Source: Octopus vulgaris | Taxonomy: Eukaryota | Assembly (NCBI GenBank): GCA_951406725.2 | Contig: OX597815.1 | Span: 191,270,001-191,334,000 of the forward strand | Reading direction: 5' to 3' | Length of the DNA stretch: 64,000 nucleotides | Shown here: positions 27,722 to 42,015 of the stretch, piece by piece | Layout of the letters: each line of letters opens with the position of its first letter | Numbering within the stretch: position 1 is the first letter of the stretch | Program-made: the position numbers and the translations under genes | The notes under the pieces: model-generated | The model's database searches: none | What the model was told of the DNA's origin: nothing | What the model saw: only the letters and a program-made list of their open reading frames with translations

Positions 27722-28625
27722 TACACAATGCTTCAAGCAAACTACGATACTCTCCTAATTTATTTTATGTTTTATTATTATTTATATTTTGATTTGCGTA
27801 AGTGCTTAGGGCCTCTCTGGGTTTTGATCCAGCCCTGCTTGTTGCCACTCTCACCCATCATCTTTTAACAAGTACTTCTCATCTGTCCTGTTAGTCCACT
27901 TTCCAACTTGCCTCCAGTTTACAACCAAATACTCTGTATTGTAAAGTCAAGGTGGAACGATTTATTTTATTTTATTTCCAACTTCTCATGACAAGCAGGG
28001 ACTGTACTGCATTGTCCTACTTGGCAATTAAACCATCGCTGCTTTTTAATTTAACTGTCTGTTCACCTTTTTTAAGCTCCTCCGTCATTGTCAGTAATGA
28101 TTTCTTGAACAGATTTCATAACCCTTTGATTTATTGCACTGGTTTAAAAGTGTCATTATTGATCATACATTGAAATGTCTGTTTCTAAGCATAGCTTGTT
28201 AGTTATGTGATATATTCGTGCTCTTCTTACAATTCCTTTTCACTACCAATTTATAGTTACTTGCAAATGACGGCTTTTCTGTTTGTTTTCTATCTCTGAT
28301 GGGAAAAACAGTCAGTTTTTTTTTTTCATTTATCTTCTAAAACAAAAAAATTTTTTAAAATGAGAGAAACAAGTTACATTCACTCTCTTTATGATTTACT
28401 CCTACTCTTTTACTTGTTTCAGTCATTTGACTGTGGCCATGCTGGAGCACCGCCTTTAGTCGAGCAAATTGACCGCAGGACATATTCTTTGGAAGCTTAG
28501 TACTTATTCTATCGGTCTCTTTTGCCGAACTGCTAAGTTACGGGGATGTAAACACACCAGCATCGGTTGTCAAGCGATGCTGGGGGGACAAACACAGACA
28601 CATAAACATATATACACATGTACAT

Positions 28626-28660
<35 letters not shown>

Positions 28661-29683
28661 CACAGTGGGCTTCTTTCAGTTTCCGTCTACCAAATCCACT
28701 CACAAGGTTTTGGTTGGCCCGAGGCTATAGAAGAAAACACTTACCCAAGGTGCCATGCAGTGGGACTGAACCTGGAACCGTGTGGTTTGTAAGCAAGCTA
28801 CTTACCACACAGTCACTAATCCATGTTGGTGTTAGGAAGGGCATCCAGCTGTAGAACTAAGCCAGATCAGAATGGAACCTGGTGCAGCTTCCCAGCTCTG
28901 GTCAAACTGCCCAACCCATGCCAGCATCGAAAACGAACATTAAGGGATGATGATGATGATGACATCATCATTGTCATTGCATACACTTTTATGCAAATTA
29001 AACTGATTAGTTTAGCCTAGGTCAAGATTGCACACATTATAACTAATGCTACAAAACTACCCATGAGCAGTATTCTTACTCTATCAAGACTAGAAACTAG
29101 TTTGAGCAAGCCCACTTTATCTACCCTGGGAGAGAGATAAAACCTGTGGTGTAAACACTTTGTTTTCTGAAACAAAACTAAAACTGTATTTGTTCATACA
29201 TTTTAGATTTTGTCTGTTTTTTTGTCTCTGCTAGCATAGGTTGGAAAAATATGAGGCATTATTTTTACAGCTGGATACTCTTTCCTATCGTTAATTTTTA
29301 CCTGGTTTTTGCTCATCAAGTTTTTTTGCTTTATTGTTTTGCATGACTTAAATATTGCAGAGCTACAGGGCAAGTTGTTGTAGGGCAGGGATGTCACTGT
29401 ACCATCACCATGCGAAGACACAGAATGCAAAAGTCCACACAGATACACTCACACACACACACACACACTTGTATGTATTTATGTATATATGTATATGTGT
29501 ATATATATATATATATAATGCTCAAAATGAGGAGTAGCTAGACAGTCAACAACTGATGAAGGGTCGTTCTTTATGTTACTTGTCCTGTTTTCCATTTGTT
29601 TCTCTCATTGTTTGCGTATTGAATTCATTTGTTTTCGTATTTCATGTTGTTTACTGTTGGTGACATCCTGTACCCATATATAC

Positions 29684-29747
<64 letters not shown>

Positions 29748-30161
29748 ACACATACACACACACACACAACAGGCTTCCATTGAGCGTCTGTCTACCACAC
29801 TTACTTACAACTCCACTTACAAGTCATTGAATGGCTTGGAGAGGTTATAGTAGAAGCCACTTAGCCAGACTGATGCACAACTGAAATAGAACTTGAAACT
29901 ACAGTGTTACAAAACAAACTATCTATTCACACAGCCATGCCTGCCACACTATGTTTAATAATAATGTTATATCTTACATTTCAAACCATAAAAATGTTCT
30001 TTTGAAGTTGTTGCATTTTGGATTTCAGATTTTCACTCTTTCATATATTTATATTCAACCTGTTTAATTCTTCTTTTTTTTTTTCTGATTGACATTTAAA
30101 AAAAAAAAGTGATTGTCAGAAAAATTTCAACTTCAAGTACTTAACTTTCCTTTTTATTCAG

Positions 30162-30275
30162 GTTGGAATCATAACAACATTTGCAATTCTGGTACATGAA
30201 ATCCCTCATGAAGTTGGGGATTTTGCCATATTACTGCGTTCTGGTTTCGACAGGTGGAAAGCTGCAAAAGCACAG
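30162..30275 (+). CDS. SLC39A13: ZIP13 coding exon (TM5, HEXPHE motif)
   Basis: ttcAG...CAG|[43 protein letters not shown] carries the LIV-1 signature HEIPHEVGD. Confidence 0.97.
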
Positions 30276-30484
30276 GTGAGTACATGAATACAATATTGTT
30301 CAAAAATCATTTATCACCAAATACCATCATCATCCTCATCATCATTTAACATCCGTTTTTGATGCTGCCATGGGTTAGATAGTTTTGACAGTTCAAAAGG
30401 AGAGCTACACCAGACTCCATTTGTCTGTTTTAGCATGGGTTCTATGGCTGGATGCTTTTTATGTGGTACCAGCAGAGTCACTAT

Positions 30485-30866
30485 GGAGGTGCAATGGCCC
30501 AGTGGTTAGGGCAGCGGACTCGCGGTCTTAGGATTGCAGTTTTGATTCCCAGACCAGGTATTGTGAGTGTTTATTGAGCTAAAACACCTAAAGCTCCACG
30601 AGGCTCCGGCAGGGGATGGTGGTGGTGAACCCTGCTGTACTCTTTCACCACAACTTTCTCTCACTCTTTCTTCCTGTTTCTGTTGTACTTGTATTTCAAA
30701 GGACCAGCCTTGTCACGCTCTGTGTCATGCTGAATCTCCCCAAGAACTATGTTAAGGGTACACGTGTCTGTGGAGTGCTCAGCTACTTGCATGTTAATTT
30801 CATGAGCAGGCTGTTCTGTTGATCGGATCAACCGGAACATTCATCGTCGTAACCGATGGAGTGCCA
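30485..30866 (+). mobile_element. tRNA-derived SINE family C (representative)
   Basis: Head GGAGGYRCAATGGCCCAGTGGTTAGGGCAGCGGACTCGC with A/B-box-like motifs; copies at about 1958-2240 and 50924-51501. Confidence 0.8.
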
Positions 30867-32066
30867 TTATAGCAGGATCACCAAGTATCCTGCAAGACAA
30901 AGACATCTCACCTGAGAGAGGGAGTGGAACCAAGGGAAGTGGCTGTGAGAGGTTAGAATCTAATAGAGGAACAGAGACAGAGGGAGTACTTGGCTACCCC
31001 AGTAGGACATCGAAAGAGAGATAAAGAAAGAGTTAGAGAAAGATTGAGAGACAGAGTATATTTTCCTTTTAGATTTTTAAATAAAGGACCTATTTAAGTA
31101 AGGGACCAATTTATCCTCTTTTCCTGTTTCAATTTAGTTCCTATGTTGTAGCTTTTATCTTTACTCATTTACTCGCTTCACTCATTGGACTACAGCCATG
31201 CTGGAGCACCACCTTGGAGGGTTTAGTTGAACAAATCAATCCCAGTATTCGTGTATAGTTTGATGCTTATTCTATTCGTTTCTTTTGCTGAACCATTAAG
31301 TTATGGGGATGTAAACAAAACAACACCAGATGTCAAATTGTGAGGGGGACAAACACATATATAACACATATATATGATGGGCTTCTACACAGTTTCCATT
31401 TACCAAATTCAATCACAAATCATTTGTTGGCCCAGATAGAAATAGAAATAGAAAGTATTTGTTATTTGCTGATGGAAAAGTAAAGAAACGAGAGAAACTT
31501 TCTTTAAAATGGTTTCATACATCAATAATTGAATTACAACAAAAACTTCACAGACCAACACAAAATATAAATGTTGATCATTCATGTGTATAAGTAACTT
31601 AGGATGCATGTGTTGTTACAGTTTTTACCTATTGTGTTATTAGACTATGATTATGACATATCTGAATTTGCCTTCTGCTTTTCAAGGTTCATTTCTAAGG
31701 ACTGAATTTTACATGGCTGTACTTTCTAAAGTAAGATAACACTGAAATAGTAAGATAACATTTCATAATGGGCAGAAAGGATATCATTGGATCAGTTTTG
31801 CACGGCTTTCAAAATTTTCACAGGCCTTGCTTTATTTTTTATACTTTTTTTATTTATCATATCCTTTTTTCATTTTATTTAATTTTTACATCTTCAGAAA
31901 TGTTTTCAACAAGAAAATACTTCATTTCTGATTCTTATTCACCATTTTTACTTTGGGGATAATGTTATATGTTTCTTCATTGTTTTTCTACCTTTTTTTT
32001 TTAATTCTGTAGTTTCAGCTCAGAGCTGTGGCCATGCTGATGCACCACCATAAAAAATGATAAACA

Positions 32067-32109
32067 ACCTTAATCGATTTTCAAACATTATTAGGTTATC
32101 ATCAGAGGT
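32067..32109 (-). ncRNA. Minimal hammerhead-ribozyme-like motif
   Basis: Minus strand ACCT-CTGATGA-taacctaataatgttt-GAAA-ATCGAT-TA-AGGT; same strand as, and 3' of, the Penelope remnant at 32611-33370. Confidence 0.45.
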
Positions 32110-32610
32110 GTCCATATCATTCTGACATTCTTCTATGTCAAATTTTCTGCACTGTATATATAAATAATACACATCTCTTGGTTTTTATGGTAGATTTGTG
32201 CAAATTGAAATTACAAAAAATGAGAGAGAATATTATCATACTAGCACTGATTTTCTCTTTTTTGGTGGGGTGGAGGTGATGTTCTAACAAGTTGAGCTTT
32301 TCCATTTGAAATTGTTTTAATGTGTTACTTTTAATTTCCAGAGAAATTGACTTTGTTGACTTAATTTTGAAAATATTTAAGAAAATCTGAAAGAATAATT
32401 ATAACTTGAGCATTAGTTTAGAGCATGGTTTATCTCACTAACAAAGAAATTAAATAAAAGTAAAATGCAAGGAAAATGAAAAACTAAACAGAAACAACAA
32501 AATGGTGTTTTTGTATTTGTAAAGTCCATAAGAAAAGAAAATTTGACCCACACCAATACTTGCTAATGTGAAACCATTCAAATTGAGTACCATGTAAGCT
32601 AATGGACAAT

Positions 32611-33370
32611 ATATTGGATGTATTTTATCTCTGGCCTCCTGAGTTTCCAGACAAATTGTAACAAGTTTTCTGCCTCTTTTGGTCTGAATGATTGTAGATA
32701 TTGGTAATGTTGGTTTTCAAATGTATTTGTGGTTTGTCCCATCTAATTCTTTATGACACCATAGATATATTGTGAATATAGAGAATAATTGATGTCATTT
32801 GAAGTTGTCTCTCATGCTTGCTAAAATAATTATTAGTCATTGGCCACTGATCAATACATCCCAATAAACTTGTTATAGATATAGGTTGACAAAAATGGTA
32901 ACCATCAAGCTCCCTGTCTTTCCAGCAAAGGGTTCCTTCTGAAATATTAGACTTCCCTTCTTTTCCACAGCTTAAAACTAAATTTTTTCTTCTCTGTTTG
33001 AACTATTTGTATTACTATTTACTGATGCACTGCATCAATAGTTTCTTAGATTCTATTGTTTTACTATATCTTTCAATACATAGTCCCTCTATATTCTGGG
33101 TTTAAGTCCTGCTGTGCGCTGACTTTATCTTTCATCACTCTGAAAGATATTGGATGTATTTTATCTCTGGCCTCCTGAGTTTCCAGACAAGTTTTCTGCC
33201 TCTTTTGGTCTGAATGATTGTAGATACTGGTAATGTTGGCTTTTGAATGTATTTGTGGTTAGTCCCATCTAATTCTTTATGACACCATAGATATATTGTG
33301 ATTTTTGGAGAGGCACAATCCTTTAAGTGGAAGGTTAAAGTTTGTATGCAGTTTGAAATTGACTGCTGGT
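32611..33370 (-). mobile_element. Decayed Penelope-like element with partial direct duplication
   Basis: Minus-strand peptides PLKGLCLSKN and MGQTTNTFENQHYQYLQSFR..FVWKLR (GIY-YIG-like); about 160-bp direct repeat at 32611-32775 and 33147-33301. Confidence 0.55.
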
Positions 33371-33530
33371 GTGAGGGCTGGCTAAGTGCATGTTTTCAGT
33401 GTTGTTTTATTTGGGAAGCGATTATTCAGATAAATTCAGTTGTTTATATCTGATCACTAATACATCCATAGCCAAGGGAGAAATCATTGTTACTCATTTC
33501 TAATAATTATTTATTTATTTTTTTTTTTAG

Positions 33531-33600
33531 ATCTTAACAGCCTCAGGTGGACTTCTGGGTACTATAACAGCATTGAGTGCTGATTCCATTGAAGAAGCAG
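33531..33600 (+). CDS. SLC39A13: ZIP13 coding exon (TM6)
   Basis: Poly-T AG acceptor, G|GTAGG donor. ILTASGGLLGTITALSADSIEEA(G); 70 bp, phase 0 to 1. Confidence 0.92.
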
Positions 33601-35678
33601 GTAGGTTTACATGAATGAATGAAATACAAATTTATGTTTTCAGTGAGAGAAATAAAAACTTTTCAGTTTATAGTGATTTATTTTAATTCAGAGATAAACA
33701 CTGTGGTACTGTTGTAATTCTTTAGAAAACAGTCCTTATGCAGTTCAAATCCTAACTGGAACTACCCTTAATAACATGGGGCATCAGCTCCCAAACTTTT
33801 AAACATCAGTAAATCAGTAATCTTCCATGACCCCTTTTTTTAAATATTTAACTCTTTTCATGTCAACTTACATGAGACTGCCCCTAGTTCTGTGAAACAA
33901 GCTCCTTGTTTTAAACTGATTTATGTTAAAACCAACCATCAAAGTTTTATGTTAATTCAAGTTCCAAACACCAGATTAATAATAATTAATTTAATTCTTT
34001 ATTGCCCACAAGGGGCTAAACATAGAGGGGACAAACAAGGACAGACAAATGGATTAAGTCGATTACATCGACCCCCAGTGTGTAACTGGTACTTATTTAA
34101 TCAACCCCAAAAGGATGAAAGGCAAAGTTAACCTCGGTGGAATTTGAACTAAGAATGTAGCGGCAGACAAAATACCTATTTCTTTACTACCAACAAGGGG
34201 CTAAACACAGAGGGGACAAACAAGGACAGACAAACGGATTAAGTCGATGATATCGACCCCAGTGCGTAACTGGTAATTATTCAATCGACCCGAAAGGATG
34301 AAAGGCAAAGTTAACCTCGGTGGAATTTGAACTCAGAACGTAACGGAAGACGAAATACGGCTACGCATTTCACATGGCGTGCTAACGTTTCTGCCAGATC
34401 ACTGCCTTTTAATAATAATGACAAAATTATTTTACTAAACGCTTCGTTATTTTTAAAATAAAATGTAACAAAGGAAGTGTATTTCAGTAGAAATATGGTA
34501 ATGAGAGGGTTTAAAATTTAATAAAATTAATGTTTCATACTTCCCTTCAAGAAATATTCCTGTTTTTTTGCCAATAGTAAGTGTTGTGTTGTAATTCTTA
34601 CACCTAAAGCTTATTGTGTAACATATTTGCAGCTACCTTACATTTCAGTGGATATTTTAGAAGTAAGAGTTTTGTCTTCTGAACCCTTTCAGAATTTTGT
34701 CATGATTCTTAGATTAAGAACAGCTGATACGTATAGATGTGACAACTATGTATCTTCACTCCTTTACAAAATCCAAAGCACCATTCATCATCACCATAAT
34801 AATGATAATACTCATTTAACATCTGCATTTCCATGCTTGCATGGGTCAGATGGAATTTTGTTCTGGCAAATTTTCTATGGCTGGATACCCATCCCATCTC
34901 AACTCTCATCTGTTTCCAGGTAAAGTAATATTTCCTTATAGCCTGATGTGTTTCTCCTGAAAGACTAGAAACAAATAACATTGCTCGTATGACAATGATG
35001 TTTGCTTGCAACTATCATGTAATGTCAAAACAAGAGTACACTTAAACACACACCTACCTACATACATGCACACGTACACACAAATGTATATAGCTTGCTT
35101 CCCTAGCCATTGGTGGGGTGGTATCATTCAAAAGCTAAAAGGATGCAAAGCACATTGTGACCAGTTATGTATAACAACATCCAATAGTCTGGTCAATCAA
35201 TTGGTATACACACAATGGGCTTCTTTCAGTTTCCATCTACCAAATCCACCCACAAGGCTTTTGTTGGGTCAAGGCTATAGTTGGGCATAGTGAGATTGAA
35301 CCAAGGGCCACACAGTTGGGCCACAGTCACATGACTGAAACAAGTAATGATAAGGAGAACAGATTTTTCACTTCGATAATTTTATTTAACAGTTATTTAC
35401 AGCATCCTTTACTGGACCTACATGCATTTCAACTGTATCAATGCAGTGTGCAGTTTCTGCAGTTGAAACACATATAGGTCCCATAAAGATGTACACACAC
35501 ACACACACATATAGCTTCTTCTAACCAAATTTCCCCCTAAAGACTTTGATGAAGCTGAGGTTATAAATAAAAAGCAAATAATTAAAAAGATGTCACAATT
35601 TTAATGTAAATATGAGCAGTTTTCATTTCTGATTTTGTTTTTGTTTTTTTGTTTTCTATCTTAATATATATATTTCAG

Positions 35679-35778
35679 GTATGAAGACGGCTTGGATTCT
35701 ACCTTTTACCTCTGGAGGCTTTATTTATATTGCTCTTGTGTCCATTGTTCCAGAACTTGTTGAAGAAACAGAACCAAA
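35679..35778 (+). CDS. SLC39A13: ZIP13 coding exon (TM7)
   Basis: tttcAG...AA|GTAAGT. (G)[32 protein letters not shown](K); 100 bp, phase 1 to 2. Confidence 0.96.
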
Positions 35779-36745
35779 GTAAGTATATACTTTTTTATAT
35801 ATTTTTAGTTCATTTTTTTTATCTTTTATTATTTATCTTTTACCTGTTTCTGTCATTAGACTGTGGTCATGCTGGGGCATCGCTTTAAGGAATTTTAGTC
35901 AAATGAATCAACCCCAATATCATCATCATCATCATACGTCCGCTTTCCATGCTAGCATGGGTTGGATGATTTGACTGAGGACTGGCAAGCCAGATGGCTG
36001 CACCAGGCTCCAATCTGATCTGGCAGAGTTTCTACAGCTGGATGCCCTTCCTATCACCAACCACTCCAAGAGTGTAGTGGGTGCTTTTTTGTGCCACTGG
36101 CACGAGGGCCAGTCAGGTGGTACTGGCAACAGCCACGCTCAAATGGTGTTTTTTACATGCCACCTACACAGGAGCCAGTCCAGCGGCTCTGGCAATGACC
36201 TCGCTCGAATGTTTTTTCGCTGTTCTTATTTTTTAAGACTAGTACTTATTCTATCAGCTTCTGTTGCTGAACCGCTAAGTTATGGAAATGTAAATATACC
36301 AGTACCAGTTGTCAAGTGGTGGTGGAGGGACAAGCACACACACAGATACATATATACAACAGGCTTCTTTCAGTCTCCATCTACCAAATCCAGTCACAAA
36401 GCTTTAGTAAAATCTGAGACTGTAGTAGGAGACACTTGCCCAAGGTGCCATGCAGTGGGACTGAACCCAGAACCATGTGATGAAGAAGCAAATTTCTTAT
36501 CACACAACCACTCCTGTACCTATTCTTTTACTTGTTTCAGTCATTTAACTGTGGCCATGCTGGAGCACTGCCTCTAGTCAAACAAATCGACTCTAGGACT
36601 TATTCTTTGTAAGCCTAGTACTTATTCTATTAGTGACTCTTTCCGAATTGCTAAGTTACAGAGGATGTAAACCCACCAACACCGGCTGTCAAGCGATGGT
36701 GGGAGGACAAACAGACACAAATATATACATATATATCTATATTTA

Positions 36746-36787
<42 letters not shown>

Positions 36788-38416
36788 TATATACACACAC
36801 ACACACACGATGGGCTTCTTTCAGTGTCCCTCTATTAAATCTACTCACAAGGCTTTGGTCAGCTCGAGGCTATAGCAGAAGACACTTGCCCAAGGTGCCA
36901 TGCTGGGGGACTGAACCCAGGACCATGTAATGAGGAAGCAAATTTATTATCACACAGCCATCTCTGTACCTATTGATAATTTTGTTTTTGTTTTAATTTC
37001 TCAAAGTTCAATCGTTAAAACTTATTGCTTTCTGCATGAATAGAATGGGTTTTACAAGAATAGTTACTTTTACACCTGGGAATTCTCTTATATTACTAAC
37101 CAATCAGTCACATAGAAAGCCAGGACACTGCACCAGACTCCAATTTTATCTGGCAAGGTTTCTACAGCTCCAATCTTATCTGGCAAGGTTTCTCCAAGAG
37201 TGTAATAGGTGCTTTTTACATGCCTCCAGCGCAGGGCCAGTCAGGCGGCACTGGCATCAGCCACATTTGAACGGTGCTTCTTATGTGCCGCCGGCATGGG
37301 AGCCAGTCAAGGGGCACTGGCATTGACCACGCTCAAATGGTGCTTTTTATGTGTCACTGGCAAAGGGGCCAGTCAGGTGGCACTATCCTGAAGAGTTGTT
37401 TATCTCCTTGAAAACTAGGATAATCTTGTCTAATCCATCTCCCTGCAATGAGCCAAAGAGGAACTTATGTAGTCTGGTAATCTAACAGAAATAGATTACC
37501 AAATCTCCCATAAACTACAGAAAAGTCCATAGGACACATTGGATAATGTAGTCTCAGGTATACTATCAGTGAATAAAAGACAGGATGGTCATGGCTTGAA
37601 TGCCCTTTGATTACAGATCTCCTCAACGAGAACTAACCTGGGGTTAAACAACAATATCCTCCCAACAATGTCAATGAATAAAAATAGAAAAATAGAATAA
37701 AAGCTCAATCCCCTAATTTGTCAGCTATGTATCAACACATTTTTTCCTGCCGTTTTCCAAATTTCCATAATCCAATTTCTAACCTGAGACCTATCTTCAC
37801 TTCCAATTACTACTTCTTAAATATTGCCAGTGTTGTAGTAATGTGATATATTTTGGAGTGACTTAGTTTGTAATTGTATGTCATTCATCACACACTGAGA
37901 TAACATCTTGCATAGTAATAGACAAACACTGAATATTCTTCTGTCTATCCCATGGCTTCTTGGCTGTTCACAGAAATCTTCAGCAGTTTAGCTGACACTG
38001 AAATTTTCAAACATTCTTTCACACATATTGACACACATACTCATACACACAGACACACACACTCTTTTAATAACAGTTTAATTTTGTTCTACATGACTTA
38101 AAACTTTGCAGGCACATAAAACCCATCCATCCCATAAAAGTGCATGTGTGATACAATATAAAAAGCGCCCATGCAGCACCAGAATGACATGATGTAAAAG
38201 CACGCATGTGGTGCAACATAAAAGCGCCTGTGCAACACCACATAAAAAGTACCCATGCAGCACCACATAAAAAGCGCTTTTATGTGGCACCATTTGGGTG
38301 CCTTTACATCATGTGATTCTGGCGATTTTTATGTGGTGTCACACAGGCACTTTTATGTGGAACCACATGGGTGCTTTTACATCATGTCACTCTGGTGCTG
38401 GATGGGTGCTTTTTAT

Positions 38417-39986
38417 GTGGTGTCGCACAGACACTTTTATGTGGCACCACATGCATGCCTTTACATCATGTTGTTCTGGCGCTTTTTATGTGGTGCTGCA
38501 TGGGCGCTTTTTATGTAGTGTCACACAGACACTTTTATGTGGCACCACATGCATGCCTTTACATCATGTTGTTCTGGCGCTTTTTATGTGGTGCTGCATG
38601 GGCGCTTTTTATGTAGTGTCACACAGACACTTTTATGTGGCACCACATGCATGCCTTTACATCATGTTGTTCTGGCGCTTTTTATTTGGTGCTGCATGGG
38701 CGCTTTTTATGTAGTGTCACACAGACACTTTTATGTGGCACCACATGCATGCCTTTACATCATGTTGTTCTGGCGCTTTTTATGTGGTGCTGCATGGGCA
38801 CTTTTTATGGCTAGTGTCGCACAGACACTTTTATGTGGCACCACATGCATGCCTTTACATCATGTCGTTCTGGCGCTTTTTATGTGGTGCTGCATGGGCG
38901 CTTTTTATGTAGTGTCGCACAGACACTTTTATGTGGCACCACATGCATGCCTTTACATCATGTTGTTCTGGCGCTTTTTATGTGGTGCTGCATGGGCACT
39001 TTTTATGTAGTGTCGCACAGACACTTTTATGTGGCACCACATGCATGCCTTTACATCATGTCGTTCTGGCGCTTTTTATGTGGTGCTGCATGGGCGCTTT
39101 TTATGTAGTGTCGCACAGACACTTTTATGTGGCACCACATGCATGCCTTTACATCATGTTGTTCTGGCGCTTTTTATGTGGTGCTGCATGGGCGCTTTTT
39201 ATGTAGTGTCGCACAGACACTTTTATGTGGCACCACATGCATGCCTTTACATCATGTTGTTCTGGCGCTTTTTATGTGGTGCTGCATGGGCGCTTTTTAT
39301 GTAGTGTCGCACAGACACTTTTATGTGGCACCACATGCATGCCTTTACATCATGTTGTTCTGGCGCTTTTTATGTGGTGCTGCATGGGCGCTTTTTATGT
39401 AGTGTCGCACAGACACTTTTATGTGGCACCACATGCATGCCTTTACATCATGTTGTTCTGGCGCTTTTTATGTGGTGCTGCATGGGCGCTTTTTATGTAG
39501 TGTCGCACAGACACCTTTATGTGGCACCACATGCATGCCTTTACATCATGTCGTTCTGGCGCTTTTTATGTGGTGCTGCATGGGCGCTTTTTATGTAGTG
39601 TCGCACAGACACTTTTATGTGGCACCACATGCATGCCTTTACATCATGTTGTTCTGGCGCTTTTTATGTGGTGCTGCATGGGCGCTTTTTATGTAGTGTC
39701 GCACAGACACTTTTATGTGGCACCACATGCATGCCTTTACATCATGTTGTTCTGGCGCTTTTTATGTGGTGCTGCATGGGCGCTTTTTATGTAGTGTCGC
39801 ACAGACACTTTTATGTGGCACCACATGCATGCCTTTACATCATGTTGTTCTGGCGCTTTTTATGTGGTGCTGCATGGGCGCTTTTTATGTAGTGTCGCAC
39901 AGACACTTTTATGTGGCACCACATGCATGCCTTTACATCATGTCGTTCTGGCGCTTTTTATGTGGTGCTGCATGGGCGCTTTTTAT
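38417..39986 (+). repeat. 98-bp tandem minisatellite, about 16 copies
   Basis: Unit GTAGTGTCGCACAGACACTTTTATGTGGCACCACATGCATGCCTTTACATCATGTTGTTCTGGCGCTTTTTATGTGGTGCTGCATGGGCGCTTTTTAT; degenerate flanks 38115-38416 and to about 40070. Confidence 0.97.
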
Positions 39987-40272
39987 ATGGTATCACACAG
40001 GCGCTTGTATTTGACACTGTACAGGTGCTTCTACAAGGCACTCCATAGGCACTTTAATGTGGAACCACATGTAAATGTGTGTGTGTGTCTATATGTAATA
40101 TAAATATGTGTGCGTATTGTGTGTATCATGTAGAAATGAACTAAAGGAACATTATATTTTGTCATCTTTAAAACGCACAAAATCTAAATGAATAAATAAT
40201 GTGCTTCTGTTGTTGAAATCTGCTTCTGAAATATCTTTAACACATTTCTTTTGATTTTTATTTCTATTACAG

Positions 40273-40348
40273 GCAGTCAGCGAAACAAATAATTTGCATC
40301 ATTGCAGGCATTGCTTGTATGCTTCTGGTAACATTAATCTTTGAATAA
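40273..40348 (+). CDS. SLC39A13: ZIP13 terminal coding exon (TM8, stop)
   Basis: ttacAG acceptor. (K)QSAKQIICIIAGIACMLLVTLIFE*, TAA at 40346-40348; phase matches the previous exon. Confidence 0.92.
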
Positions 40349-41793
40349 GAACTACCATTTCAACCTACATTGGCATCTCCTGTCTTTCAAGTTTCCATCC
40401 ATTCATGTTCCAAAGATGCTTTACTATGCGCAGAAGACTGCATTTACTTTCGGTAATATCTATTGTAAGGCATCTACAGAAAAAAACCCACCATATCTAT
40501 TCTTCCAGAATGAAAGAAATAAAAGATTGAAGCTACGTTGATATATATACATATATATATATAAATATAAATATATATATATATCCATATATGTATATTA
40601 AAATATATATTTTCATATATATATTTATATATATAATTGCATATTTTGTTTCAAATGACAAAATATAAAGTATTACTAAAAAGAATATTATTTTTGTTGA
40701 AAAAAATACTTTTAGTCCATTGGAATTTGAAAAAACCAACAAATGAGCTGTCTTTATCTGTTTCATATGTCACATATGAGCAAACTGAATCCAAAATATC
40801 CAAAAATATGTACATAATAATTGTATATGGTCCAAATATTTATCTATTGTTTTGTCCACAGAATTAATTCTCGAGAAAGAATGCTTCTACTTAATTGAGA
40901 AAAAAAGTATGAATTATAAAATAATTTTCGAAAATTATGAGTACATGAATTTGAATGAAACGGTGCGAGTCATTAGTAATTAATGACTAATTATTTTATC
41001 TTTAATGATGAATTCAGTTTATTGTTGTTGAAAATAAACCTAATATAACTTTTTTCAAGAATGTTTTTTTTTATGGATGGTTCAATCATGATTTTTAAAA
41101 AAATTATTTTTTTAAACTTAAAATTTTTTTTTTTTAAATTAATTTTAAAAAATTAAGCAATATTAGAAAGCACTCTTCTATGTTACAAATTAACTCTGCT
41201 TATATGAAATTGTGAAATATTTTAAAGATTTTTATTTTTCATCCAAATGAAACAACAGCAGTAGATATCAAAACTGAGTGTGTCTTTTATTTGGTCTTCA
41301 GTACCAGAAAGCTTTTGTTAAGTGCTTCAGGCCATCACAGACATAAATCACTTCATTCACTACGTTTAGGGTGCTACTCGTTACCATAACAGAAAATGTC
41401 TTATGAAGAAAATTAATTTTTTTTTTTCCCCAAAATTAATACACACACACATACACAAACATAAACATTTCTTAATTTAAAAGTTCAGTATTTCTTTCAA
41501 ATCAAAAAGTTTATTTATTGGTGTTTTTAAATCACATGTATTTTTTTGTTGTTTTTGGCAATTATAAAATTACACATTTAAGAACAACAAATCTGCTTGG
41601 GTATTTGATTCTAGGCATAAAATATGTCAAACATCTGTTTTAAGAGTTTTGTTATCAAAAGCTAAAAGGCAGAAAGAAGTCCAAATTATATTCCTGTCTA
41701 TCAATTTTTATGAAATGTTGATTTTTAACTCAGTAGCATAGATTGTTTAGTGATCCTATACATATATATATATATATATTTCTTTTCCATTAA

Positions 41794-42015
41794 CCCTTTC
41801 ATTACCAACCCGGCCGAAACCAGCTCTGGCTCTGTAGTACAAATGTCTTGTTTTCATAAGTTTTGAATTAAAATCTTCCACCAAACCTTAGTCACAATTT
41901 ATGTCCCTAACCCTAGCTGAATGATAACTAAGTTATTTCACTAAATTCTTTGTTATATTTAAAATTGATTGAAAGAAACACAGAGCATCTCAAAATAAAT
42001 ACAGTAACGAAAGGG
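41794..42015. mobile_element. piggyBac-type MITE
   Basis: TTAA|CCCTTTCATTAC...GTAACGAAAGGG|TTAA. Related copies at about 52905-53120, 53139-53362 and 33852-34510 (SINE-interrupted). Confidence 0.85.

Noticed and set aside
27990-28320. Possible Tigger/pogo transposase remnant on the minus strand
   Set aside because: Only a faint KSSDG-like motif; too degraded to support.
38255-40103. Stack of 91-aa ORFs and a CRISPR-like regular array
   Set aside because: Pure tandem repeat with no unique spacers and no cas genes. The 98-bp unit is not a multiple of 3, so the ORFs are repeat artefacts inside an intron.
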